A stretch of DNA of 64,000 nt from Takakia lepidozioides. Taxonomy: Eukaryota > Plantae > Bryophyta. Positions 26,092 to 38,651 of the stretch are shown in pieces. The DNA lies in contig CM060732.1 in NCBI GenBank assembly GCA_030704615.1, forward strand, positions 23,684,001 to 23,748,000, read 5' to 3'. Numbering within the stretch: position 1 is the first letter of the stretch; the number at the start of each line of letters is the position of its first letter. The position numbers and the translations under genes were made by a program. The notes under the pieces are model-generated. The model saw only the letters and a program-made list of their open reading frames with translations. It did not search any database and was not told the DNA's origin.

Positions 26092-27645
26092 ATTATTATT
26101 ATTATTATTATTTTTTAAATTATAGAAATAGGGGATGGAGGCCCTCGAAGTTGATTGCACCTGCTGATGCAGCAGACCGAGATGCAGAGAAGACAGGCAG
26201 GTACTGGGACAGAGGGAGCGTATGGAGAGACAAATGATGTTCACGAAGAGGACCAAAACTATGAACTAGAGCCTAGAACTTAAGCTGCGTCTTGAGCTTG
26301 GGGTCACAAGCTCGGTGATGACGCCAGCTGCAGTCACCTTCTTCCTTTTCACCAGGGGACTTCCCATTGAGCGGGGAAGGTGTCATTCCACTGGAAGTGC
26401 GACGAGAGCCGAGCATGCCGCCCTTGCCCCAGGAGAGGTCGAAGTCATGATGAAGCTCCCTCCTCCATTGATCCGAAGCTCTAGGAAGAGCTGCACACAA
26501 AGACACCCACGTTTTTCTCCCCTCAGTCATGAGATCCCAGTAAATTCTAAAGAGGATGGATCTGTTGTTGGGGGGTTTCCCTTCATAAACCCAAGAATAT
26601 CTGGCTTTCCAGATGAACCAAAGAGTGTGTGCCCTGAGACATGCCCACACCGGGCATTTAATCGAATTCGTCTCTGGCTGATGGTTGAGCAGGAAGAACG
26701 AGGGTTCCGGCGAGGCATGAGAGAGTTCCAGGCAGAATAAAATAGACATACTTTAGTCCAAACACTATGAGCCCCCGGACATTGGATTAAGCAATGCTCG
26801 ATAGATTCCAAGTCGTTGTTGCATAGTGGGCACGCTGGGCTGTCAGTATCTGTGACTGATTGCACCGGGAGAATCTTGTGTGCTAGCTTCCAAAGAAAAG
26901 CTGAAATTTTAGCAGAGCGGTCTTTTCTCCATATCTCCTTCCAAATTTGATTCCAAGACTGAATATCCAATCTGCCATCTCCCCACTTCCTTTGCCACTT
27001 ACTATGGAAGGACCTTGGAGGACATATGAATGAGTATCCTAGTTTGACAGAGTATGCAAAAAAAAAAAGGTCTAGCAGCGTCTATCCATGTCCATTCAGC
27101 TGGGTCAAAACTTGCCAAAGGGTGTCTCAAAAACCAAATGAATTCAGGATGCATTGCCCATTGCAATTCTTGACCTTGAGGAGGCATGGGGTTGGCTAAC
27201 CCTTTTCCATCAATCACCCTGATATGGTAAAAGGAATTTTCGAATTTGCTGGCCCACCCTCTGAGACGTAAAGACCTTGAGCTCAGAGCTGAGAAGTCCA
27301 ATCCAGAAAATGAAGGTGCCTTCTTGAGCCGTCACTAACACGACAATGGGGGGATTCGTCAAGGAAGAAGCCATCCAAACAGGCGGTTTGAAGTGTTGGA
27401 TTCTGCTCTGAAGAACTGGCTACATATAGGGTGGTATCTGAGAGACGATTTCTTCCCACGACCTAGCTCTTCTGGCAAATTGGATATTCAGTCTTGGAAT
27501 CAAATTTGGAAGGAGATATGGAGAAAAGACCGCTCTGCTAAAATCTCAGCTTTTCTTTGGAAGCTAGCACACAAGATTCTCCCGGTGCAATCAGTCACAG
27601 ATACTGACAACCCAGCGTGCCCACTATGCAACAACGATTTGGAAT
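26092..27645 (-). mobile_element. L1-clade LINE 3' fragment with inverted duplication
   Basis: zf-RVT motif KISAFLWKLAHKILPV..CPLC..ESIEHCLIQC, then LWFIWKARYSWVYEG and an (AAT)n tail near 26092. Segment 27474-27645(+) duplicates 26804-26976(-). Confidence 0.85.
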
Positions 27646-30448
27646 ATATACCAACCCAGCAGGGGTTGGTAATAAACCATCTTCCCACATATCGCCCACA
27701 TGAGTGACTCCACTATCCTCCTACCTAGCACATTTGGGTTTTGGTTTATCACTTCATATGTAGTGAGAACACAAAAGCATGTCATGTGTTCAATTATTAA
27801 ATAGAAAATCTTATTATATAAGGACACGTGTCAAATTATGGTTTAATATCATCTACCACGCAATGGTAGAAATCACTCTGCTACTCTGCTAGCAAGTGGT
27901 ACGTTAATCATTATGACACGTCAACATACTGGGACTAAGAGATAAGTGACCATAACTATTGTCTTCAACCACTCATGACACGCGATGTCTTTTACCATTG
28001 ACTTGACTTGTCCAAAAGCACTCATTCTATACCACTATTAATGGGCTTCAATGGTTGGATGTCTTTTACTACTCAAAATGAGTGACGAGCATAGTGGTTA
28101 TTTTTCGTTTTTCTTGTAGTGGTACACTGGAACTCCATATTGAGTTTCGTTGATGAGATAGAATCTGCAAATTCTTATTGGCCCCTACTCAAATGCTTCG
28201 AGAGACATGTATAAGAATGGAACAATCTTATACTTGGTGCTTGCCGGTGAAACATTGAGCAAAGAATCACTGTGGAAGGAGATATATCTTCTTGAGCAAA
28301 TGGTGAAGGACTTGAGAAGTCTGAGAAACATTCCCTAGGAAATGCTGGTCAATAAGGGCTAGTGACTGACGATGTTGTAGGCTGCATAGTATCCCATTTC
28401 CCACATAGTCGAACAAAAGGCTGAATGGAAAACAAGACTACCCATCCGACTAGGCAAGCGAGATTTGAGCCCAGAATCAGAAGGGTGGCAAGCATTGCAT
28501 AACTTATTTTTGTGAATTTAACCCTTTTATCTACCTTCAATTTTTAAAAACATTTGGTCTAACATGACTACCTCTTCTTTCCTAGATTTTGATCTGCATG
28601 CACAACTCTCAGCTTCCAGACCAGTTGCCATTGTGATGCTTCATTTTCATATGCAATCTTTGTTACAAATGACACTCTTATTCAAGGGATGAGGATGACT
28701 ACACATTTCACCCCTGTAGGTTAAACAAACTTTTTTATACATTTGCTATTTCTCACAAGAGCAAACAACATAGACTTGGTATGATGCCTGTGGAAAATGA
28801 ACTCTAAGACATCCTGCAGTGATCAATGATCTAAACTCTGGTGGAAAAAAGAGAGAAAGAGGGAGAAAGCCTAACAGAACTCCCTCCTTTTGTGTACTCT
28901 TGAGCTGAGAAAGATGCAAGACACCTCCATAGATAGGTAAGGACAAGTCCGTCAACCCAATCCCAACAACCTCTTCTTCACCAACAGATGAAGGTTCATC
29001 TATTGTGCAGAATTACGTCCAAGGGGCGTGTACGTCCAAGGGGTGTTGCAACTCTTGAATCAAACACACTAGGCTCCCGCTTTTGTCTTGTGTTGGCCAA
29101 GTGGTGTAGACGTGAAGAATGAAGGGGTGTGTACCCCACCATTTCGCCCCCTTTCTTACCTAGCATCTTGCTTTGCTCTTGCATATTTGGTCCGCACTTG
29201 TTTTGAGAGCAAGACTTGTGAGGACACTTGCATTGTTGAAGGGAAGCAATGAGGATAGTCAGAAGAGTAGGTCCCAGAGGAAGAGGAAGAGGAAGAGCTA
29301 GAGCTAGGAATGGTAGGGCCAAAAGAAAGACAACTCATGGGAAGAAGAGAAAAACTCCTACAAGAAAAGCACTACAGCAAAGGAAGAAAAGGAAGGAGGA
29401 GAAAGCAGTCGAGGAGAAGGACGTGCAAGAAAAGGTGAGCGATCATAAAGGGAAGAAAGTCCACGATGAAGAGTCCTTTGATGAGGAAGGAGACGACGGG
29501 GCTTCCTGTGATGAAAGAGCTGAAGAAGTGGAGTACTCCTATGATGAGATGAGAGCCAGGAATGAAAGAGGGGGTAAGAAAGAGAAGAGGAGTAGGAGCA
29601 ACAGCTGCAGTGGAAAAGGAAAGCCAAAAGACAAACTAAGATCAGAGCAAGAAGAGAGAAGACAGTTTGACAAGAGAAGGCCCAAGAAAATAAGTAAGAG
29701 AGACGAAGGCACCCAAGTGTTCAAAGGAAGTGAATCAAAGCCAAGTGGATCGGAGGGAAGCGAGTCAATAAACCGGACCCCCCAGGACCATGAGAAAAAA
29801 AATGAATAGAGAAATCCAGGAAACGTCCAAGAGAGTGAAGAAAATAGCTCCAATGAATGATTGTTCTCGTGTCTCTCACCCTCTCTCAAAGGAAAAAAGT
29901 CCAGAGACTCCTGTGAAGATATACACACAACCTGAAGAACATCAAACTCAAAATCTTCGCATGTCAAGTAGAAATTCAAACCACGGTAACAAAATATGCT
30001 GACATTCACAATCTTGTGAGCAATCTGCACTTCATGTACATGAATTCAGATAAGTGTTTTCAAGCTGGTCCTAGACATACTCAGATTTTTGAACAATGAA
30101 AAAAGGTGCCGCAATCAAAACAATGGGGAAAAGAAAAACCACAAGTGCATTGAGACTGCGCTAATGTACACAGAAAACTTTATTTAAAGTCATCCTTGTA
30201 TCGCTGCTGTATATGTGGTGTGACAAATCTCCACCAAAAATTGGAAATTCCTTAACCCTATTTGATGCGCATAAATGCACTGAAAGTGCAGGTCAAGTGT
30301 ACTTACACTTCCCACACCTTATTGCACCTCACTGTCAAGCACCCGTAGGGACTAGTTGTTAACGGGAACAACAAATTTGATGGTACTCACAAATGGCTAA
30401 AACAAATGAAGGGAAGGTAATTGTACCCTGATCTAGATCTATCAGGAT

Positions 30449-33400
30449 CTAATCTGCTGCAATTGCTACCCTGGTCTTGATTGGCTTTAACTTAACCCCA
30501 AGGCTCTCTGGGGACAGAAGTTCTGGTGAGACACAAGGGGGACTAAGAGGACTGGTGGGTGTCGAAGAAAGAGCATGTGTGGGTCTTTGGTAGAATCCAT
30601 AGCCTATTAGGAATAACTCAATTGGCACTATCATCGAATGCGGCTGCTCTTGTGTGACCAAAGAGCCGCATGCTTGCACCTGCACGTGCAATGCCCACAA
30701 TCAGAACTTCTCTCATACATTAAGACCATGAAAGACAGTCACTTACTGAAGACAGCATTTCAGTAAGGACCTCTCTCTCTCTCTCCCTCTCCAATTGCAT
30801 TCACCAACTTTGAAAGTCTCGAGGCTGAGCCTAAAATTTGTCTTAGCCTTGTGGCTGGTGTATGACAGAGGGATAGAGAAAGAAAGAAGCTTTCTTATGT
30901 CCACAGAAAGCTCAAAGTGCTAATGTGGGACAAAAGCAAGCAAGAAATAAGGAAAAAAGAGGAGCCCAAAAAGAAGCCCAGAATCTAGTCTTCTTTATTG
31001 CGAGAGGGAGAGAGCATGTGAAAAATCACAACAGCTGCTGCACTTCCAACTGAAGGTGGAAAAGTAAGGGGAGACAGAAAAGGGTCTTCCTTACCTCAAC
31101 TAGAACATTGTATCGTCTATCCATTTCCTTGCTGATGTGCACAGCTTCATGATGAAAGGGAGAGTGCTCACCAACTATTATCAAAGTACGGCATTTTAGT
31201 TTCTTAAGGCCCTCACTCAGATCTACCCTCCTGCATACATCATAAATACAACAGTCAGAGCACCATTTACAAAAATACACTCCCTGATACCCTCCAACTT
31301 TGTGACTACTGTCGACCCTGAAAGATAAGGAATCGCAGCACGTATGCAGCTGTAGTTTGAAAGAGCTGGCCCAAAATCCAGAGTCACTGTTCGTACCCTT
31401 GAACTTTCCATCCCCCACTTCATCCATTTCCTTTGCTTGAGCCAAATATCTCCATGATTTTTCATCTTCTAAACTACCAAAGTTTAAAGAGTTAGCCAAT
31501 AAAGAGACAGTAACTGACGGTTGGACTTGAAGTTGCAAAACATTGGAGTACAAGTGTGAAGGACTCACAAGTGAATAGCTTGGATGAACCGCATTACATT
31601 CTTACTTTGCCTCTCATCCAATAGCTGCACACATCAACATTTGGGCCATCATGGCTGGATAATCACTAGTGACGACATCAAGAAGCAGCCTACCTCAGGA
31701 AATCATCTCAAACAAGTGCAAGCAATTTGAGGAAAATATTATCTGCTCTCTCTCTCTCTCTCTCTCTCCAAGTCTGTTCCAAGGTATGTCATACTACCGG
31801 CGTCAGCCCTTGACAAAGGCAGTTTCTGTCCCTTTGTGTTCCGCTCAAACAGAGCGTGGGGTCAATGGCGACAAGGCTACAGCAAACGACGCCTTATGAG
31901 TACCTTCTCTCTCAATGGCCACAAGGCTACGGCAAACGTCGTCTTACGAATACATTCTCAATGGCGACAAGGCTATGGCAAACACCGTCTTATGAGTACA
32001 TTCTCTCCCTCTCTCCCTCTCCCTATAATTTTGATAACTTCCGTCCAAAACTGGAATTTGAAGGGCCCAGGAAGAATCTTACTCTGCGGTAAGTTCTCAC
32101 TACATCCAACCCTGCATTTGAGGCATTCCGGACTTCCTGTCAAACATCCAATCACAGCAGCATATCATATATGACCTGATTGTATTACGATCTACCTACA
32201 CCTAAAAAGCAGTAAACTCATTCCTGTGAATTTGTAACGCCAAATACTCTTTCCCACATGCCGAGGGGTAGTTCAAGGCTATCATACAACTTCACAAACT
32301 TTTATAGTCTGGTGAATGCAGCCTCAATCCTTCATCCCCCGTTCGACAGAGTCTAATCAAGAATTTAGCTGACATACCTGACTAAAGTAGCGTTGTAGAA
32401 GTGTTTCCTTTACAAACTTTGACATGCCGCAAAAGTAGAGCAAGTTTATCATCGCCTGCATAACCCCAAGGTACGCCTCCATAAGGACTTGACTGAGGAC
32501 CAGCAACATACCTTCTTTAGATAGCTACAAGATGACAGATGGGACACCTTCAAGGTGAGAACGAGATCAACAAGCTTCTGAGTGTGGCTAATTCCAATGT
32601 TCATACCTTGTTGTAGAGCCACTCCGTCCAGCAGGCTGTCTGGCAAAGAGGAGACACCAGAATGAGACCTAGCATCCGTTCCCTGTATTTTAACTGCAAA
32701 GCAAAACACCAAACAGTCCGTTAAGTTCTGTAGAATTTAACCGTTAAAGCTTCAGATTCTAGAGATCTATGCAGCAAACTCCTTCATGAGACCCTAAGCT
32801 CTCAAGTCAGATGTTCTGGGTTAACTTCATCAACTTTTCACTCCACATCTTTCAGCCAGACAGCTTCCTGGAGATCACTTTTCACAATGTACTTTCAACC
32901 ACATGAGGCTTGTTCCTGACTGTACCGCAAAAAGAGTGAGGATGTAGGCTCCAGCTGCCACACCCAGTCCAATCACTTCTTGCAACCTGTGGCACCATCG
33001 AAAAATACTCAGGACTTGGACCACACAAGGTCATCCTCTTTGTCAATCATACTTGGCCATGAGGCTCACTGCCATCTCATGTGGACAACACTCTTCGCCA
33101 TACAAAAATGTGAGTCAATTGAGAGCATCAAAATTGTTGTCTGAATTGAACATTCCACTGGCACACACCTCACCACACACAAAAGGGATCAACAATCATC
33201 CAACTCTGAAACACAAAGCTAGGCTGCCCCCAGAAATAGTAGTCCAACTGACATTTGTCCTGAAAACATTTCACAACCTTGGCCCTACTAACTTTGTTTA
33301 TGCCTGCACTCCACCTCTCAACTTCAACAAGGAAATTGATCCCTTAATCAGAATACTGAAGCCATAGTCCGGAAAAGGTGCTCACCCAAAGTAATCTAAG

Positions 33401-35090
33401 ACTTCGGCAACTTGGTCTGCCAAATCATCCACAGAAGATAGTGCTTGATTTGTTGGAATTTCACATGCCCCTACCTGCCACATAACTAACAACAGGACGT
33501 TCGGGAGTTTGCCGACCTGCTAAACCCGAGCAAATTGGACAGGATTTGAGTCACTAAAATGAAGAGATCTCAGGCTTGAGAACAGTCATGACTGGTGGTA
33601 TCTCTAGACCTGCTGTGTCCACCAATTCTCAAAAGTGTTCACAAAGGATGAGGCTGCAGCCCAGCGTTATATCTATATCTCTTTCCCTGTCATAACAAAG
33701 TCTAGATACCAAAAGGCATTACACTAACCTTCTTTGAGTATTTCCAAGCTCCATGTCATCGAAACATTTAGTCAAGTCAACAGGAATTTATACAGTCAGG
33801 AAAGCAACATATAGTTAGTATAATGGATTTAGAACGGACCTCATGACCAGGGGCATCAATGTGGTAGATACAGAAGTTATGAAAAAGCACAGATGCCGCC
33901 TCAGTGCACGAGAAAAGGCCTTCAAAGCAAGACAAGTCTGTTATCAAGCACAAGCATGTCACAAATCAGCTGTTTGCTTCTCTGTTTGAACCTAGGGCAA
34001 CATTACCCATAGCCTGTGAAGCCTCTGCCTCAGCGAATCACTTCGCCCTCAATTATTGGCTTCACGGCCACAGACATGGCAATGTGCCAGAACCACCTTG
34101 TATGACATTCTCAAAGCACAGTAGGCCACCGAAATCTACTACAGAAAAAGCTTCTTGTTATGTCACAATCTGTTAAGCGACGACTCGGGACTACCAGAAC
34201 TCTACTCAAGGGCCAGGGGTCGCAGCCTTCACCATCATCTCGTCTCCTCAAGCTGACTGTATGTATTTAGATACGATATTCACTGAAAGGGCTGAGAAGA
34301 AACCTCACAATTAAGGCCCACGTCAGGGTAAGTGACGAGAGCAGGTTTGTCTTGGTCACCGCAGACTAGAACCGAAATCGGACCATGTGATGTGGATACC
34401 ACGAACTCCTGGGGACAAGTATGACAACACAAAATTTTCAAGTTCTACATGTACACAATGCAAAAACTTTCCTGGTATAACACTGTACTGCTGTAAGCTG
34501 AGATGGACATGATCCCCTTGCATACAATGATCTGGCTGTAAAGAAAGATTCACCAACTACGCCATGAAGTGACATAGGAACCACACTCGGACACACAGGG
34601 TGCAGCAGTCAGTTTCTTGCCATGGAGATGAACAATTCACATAACTCATTAAGTCCAAAATTTTCAATGCACAATTATCCTTAGGTGCTCATATTCCCCT
34701 CCCCTTCACCCTGCCCTTTTCTCTCCCTCCTGTTCCCGGGATACCTTCCTCTGGACAGTATGTGGACAAATACATGTAGTGAAAGTAGCTCCTCTATCAA
34801 TCGCAGCTTTCCGAATGAGGGTACTGCGTTATTCCTTCCGATTCCGAGGTAAACACCAATTCCTCTACATTCTCCATGAATCTCGAGATTTGAATACATA
34901 CCACGGCATTTCCTTACAAAATGTAACTGTTCCTGAACCTCAAGATTCCTTCCTCAGAGACGACCTCTAGACATGCACAAGGCTGGATGTAGCAAAGATT
35001 TGTTTGTGTCGAGGGGGACGGATAAGATACCTGGCCTCCCCAAGGCACCAAGTCAATATCCAATCTGATCGCAGCACTCTCTTCCTCCAT
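30449..35090 (-). CDS. NDL: NDL / NDRG-family (SF21-like) alpha/beta-hydrolase-fold protein, 11 coding exons
   Basis: GT-AG exons (some edges approximate): 35090-35031 [20 protein letters not shown]; 34408-34309 ..[17 protein letters not shown]; ~33937-33840 [12 protein letters not shown]; ~33474-33386 [15 protein letters not shown]; ~32987-32923 [13 protein letters not shown]; ~32693-32607 [10 protein letters not shown]; 32455-32378; ~32136-32083; 31624-31569 LLDERQS; ~31230-31094 [16 protein letters not shown]; ~30679-30449 [26 protein letters not shown]. Confidence 0.95.
31782..32020 (+). mobile_element. RTEX 3' tail with triplicated terminus, antisense in an NDL intron
   Basis: CAATGGC.ACAAGGCTA.GGCAAAC..CG.CTTA.GA.TAC.TTCTC occurs at ~31863, ~31913 and ~31959, flanked by TC-rich tracts. 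Confidence 0.85.
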
Positions 35091-37290
35091 AGCCAGCTAC
35101 AGAGAGCGCGAAAATGTTCCGAGGGTGAGGATGCCCCCTCCTTCCTACAAAGCTGTTGTCAATCTGATGAGTCTACTGGTATTCATGGTGAGCACACTCT
35201 CAGGTGAACTCGCTCTCACAGCGCTAGTCTTCGTCTTCAGAGACTAAAAATATGGAGTGTACATCAACAATCCGAATATAAATTCTGCATCAGAATCCAT
35301 GTACTGAGTGAATTGTCAGATATCAGACAGGAGTGTCTGACAGGAGTTTAAATCCTAAACCTGCTCAGGATTGCGCTTCCAGAGCTAACGTGTGATGAGT
35401 GCCATTATTTTGTTATTGGACGTTGACTGCTTGCTAGACTGCAACACGTCTGAAGCAGCAGACATCCGGGCTCCATAATCTCGCCCCCAAATAATGCACG
35501 GGCGAGCAGCTGGAGAAAGCCCGAAATGATGTCACCAGACAACCACTACCCTAGAGTGTGAACGGGGGAGAGGGACAGGGCCAGAGCCCGATAGCGACAA
35601 GCCACTGGAGCGTGCATGTGGTAGTCTGACTGGATGCCACCTGCTCCTCGCCACTGTAGCAGATCAGTGCAACTAGTGCAACACAGCAGATCAATGCCAA
35701 CAATCAGCCGCTAGGGAGAGTGGAGATCGAGGGCCCCACTCTCCCCCCTCTAATTAAAGCGCAAGAATGCTGCTGCCTGCCATGCAGATCATGGCCCGGA
35801 CAAAAGAAATCGCAAACCAAGCGAGACGACGACGAGAGACACAAGAGAGGGGTCCTGCGCGGCAGTTGGGGGGCCACAACGCGCTCTCCGTTTTCACTCG
35901 CAACCTTGCTAGTTTTTACCCCCGCCCGATAACGGGCCCGCGTTCTCCGCTGATCCACCACGCGGCTCACTGCGCCCGCGCTACGTGCGCCGCTCGGTCC
36001 ACACCGACCACGAATAGTAACTGCGTGCGCGCCTGGCTTTTGGCCAACCGGTAGCCGCGGTCGCCCGCGCTCCGTCCGCGGAGAGCGAGAAACGCGGTTC
36101 TGTCCGTTAGGGCATCCCAAGCGGCCTCGCGGAATCCAGCTGGACACTGCCAGGTGGCCTGCCCTCACCTACTTTGCTATCTTCGGGCTTCCTCCCTTTC
36201 TTACCGCCCCAATTGACATAGGGGATAAGTCAGTTATCATTTTCATTTTCGTAATTTAAGAAACGAATAAAAACTGAAATATGTATATCCTCCTTCGTGT
36301 AGCAGTTCGATTTGTTTTCTTTCTTTGTTTTCTCAGTGCATGAAAAAAATTCCCTTAAAATAAATAAATAAATAAAAGAAGGATGTACAGCAGGGTGGAT
36401 GGTCGCGGGAGGTTTAACACGTGCGACAGGGTGAACCTGCCCGTTCCGTGGAATGGGGTAGGGCTATAAAGGCAGCCCCGCTGTCGGAGCCCGTGATGTA
36501 TGGGCCCGGCCCGCGATATAATTGGCGGGGCCCTCATTCAATGCCCGTCGTGCCCCTCATTCTCATAATTTGCCTTCTTTTACACTCCATTTACTTAGGA
36601 GATCCAACGGTTTCAGCAACGGACTGCAGAGTCTTAGCCAACTTGCGCTGCGAGCCTCTAACCGCTGGATAAACCTCCTTCCTGAAAGTCCGACTTATCG
36701 TTTAAGTGACCAACGGTATACTCAATTTCGTCCGCACGTTTCTTCATCCTGTCGGTGTGTTTCATCCATACTAGGCAGATGGATAAATGCGCGCAGATGC
36801 AGCCTCATCCGTTTCCACATTCATCACCCGCCCCAGTTGGACGGATGATTGTTAGTGGGTTGCTTGGGTAGTCCTTTTTGTTTGGACAGCAGGCTGGCCA
36901 CCCCATTTTGTTCATGACCAAGAGTAGGTGAAGAGGAGAGTGGGGTGGGGGGGGGCATCAAAGACTTGCATTGAGTGTGAGGAGTTGGTCTGGTAGAGTG
37001 TATGTACTCTCTGCATACTCAAAGCCTTCCATGGCTTCTTGAGTTATTTTTTATTTATCAAACAACTTATAACCGAAAAATAATGTATCGTAAGTTGGGC
37101 TATGAAAAGTGGGATTACTTATATCATAGATTGATACCAGTGGTCAAAAGTTTGAAGAAAAGTTCCATACCTGTAATCTGGAGTCTGGAGTTCCATATCT
37201 GTAATCTGGAGTTGAGTGCTTAGTGTATGTTTGTGGCTGTAAATCTGTGAGAGAGATGTGTGGGGTGGAAAGACATAAATGATATGGGTG

Positions 37291-37515
37291 ACCAACAGTC
37301 AGTAGCTCAGTTGGTTAAGTGCACTGAGTGCCACCCAGATGATTCTGGGGTCAAATCTTGCTACTGACGAGTGTGGTATGGTTCCTGGGTGGTTCCCTTC
37401 CTACGCCTCATGGCGGGTTACTGTGAAAGAGGTTATTTTCTCCTCTCACTATTAAGGGGCCTGATTTGTGAGCTGGCGCTCCCAGGTGTTTCCCTTAAAA
37501 AAAAGAAAAAAAAAA
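37291..37515 (+). mobile_element. tRNA-derived SINE
   Basis: A box TAGCTCAGTTGG, B-box-like GGGTCAAATC, a unique body and a poly(A) tail. 10-bp TSD GATATGGGTG at 37281-37290 and 37516-37525. Confidence 0.9.
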
Positions 37516-38651
37516 GATATGGGTGGTGAATTTCCATTTTAGATCGCGTTATGCTTTGCAATCTCTTTTTCACTAGTAAATTTTAGGCATATCCAACTTT
37601 TAGAAGGGCCTGGGATGCCAAACATATTCTCCGCCTAATCTGCTACTGTAAATTGGCATTAGCAATAATAGCCACCAGCTTATCACATCATGACAATGTC
37701 GCCCTCAAGCTTAGATTTCATATCCTCAAGCTCCGTTTTTACCCCCTTGAGTGACTTTCATTTCCACCACCTTGAGCTCCAGTTTCACAGCTTTTATGTG
37801 TTGCATATGGTACTTCCTTAGTCATTCCCAATAACTTGAAATCTCAATAAAACCTTGAAAATCAGCTAAAACCCTAATTAATCTATAACCATGGAGTAGT
37901 ATAATAACTGATCCAGACACAATGGTATGACTTGATCAGGTTATTTCCGTCCCTACATTACTGAATATTAAGGGCCATAGTAGAACACGACCAAGCTCCG
38001 ATGATAGATCAGACAGAACACAATACAACCTCGCAAACTTTCTCCACTACAAATCGTATGCACATAGACGGCTAAGAAATTCTACCTCCAGCTGAAGGTG
38101 GAGGTGTGCTCGACGCTCGTAGAGCGCTTAATTTTGGTTGGACAGTGAAACCATGAAGAAATGAACTTACTTACCTCTTTGGCTAGAATAGCATGTGCAA
38201 GTAGGGAAAGATCAATCAACACTCGAACTCATTTAAATATTTTGTCAATGGGATTTTGTTTTCGCTTAAATATTTGTTGCCCTTGAAATATATCTTTTCT
38301 CTTGAAATCTCAATCATGTGTTTCAAATTCGACATCAATATTATTTTTTGTTTCTATCATTTATTCCCAAACAGGGGACAGTGGCATTTATTGAGTATGA
38401 TGCCCGAAAACCTCTAAGACGACTAAATTATTCTGAGAATTCATCCTCCATTGTATTTATAAGTAGAGAGGGAAGAATTTCCTGAAGATGGTTTTCCTAT
38501 TTATTTGATACGTATTTGATCTGGTCTTCTTACATTTCTGGCATGGCTAAATCAATGCATGTGTCTTATGTTCGAGCTTCATTAGCTGATCAAAAAACTT
38601 ACTTACATATTCATTTTGTTAGAGGATCATATGGCTACTATTTCATACATA

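Larger units (their letters stand above)
21480..28121. mobile_element. CACTA (En/Spm) element ends enclosing nested insertions
   Basis: Left end CACTACAGGAAAA has dense GCGACGCC/GGCGTCGC subterminal repeats to ~22230. Right end TTTTCTTGTAGTG lies at 28109-28121. The flanks are an imperfect TSD (GTAA vs GTA), so pairing of the two ends is uncertain. Confidence 0.6.

Noticed and set aside
29249-29809. 186-aa K/E/R-rich ORF as a host gene
   Set aside because: Low complexity, no recognisable domain, and surrounding frames have stops. Probably a TE remnant.
36221-36702. Mutator-like MITE (GATAAGTC inverted pair)
   Set aside because: The inverted match is short and no TSD was found.
37297-37372. 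Functional tRNA gene
   Set aside because: Degenerate B box, with a downstream body, poly(A) and TSD. It is a SINE.
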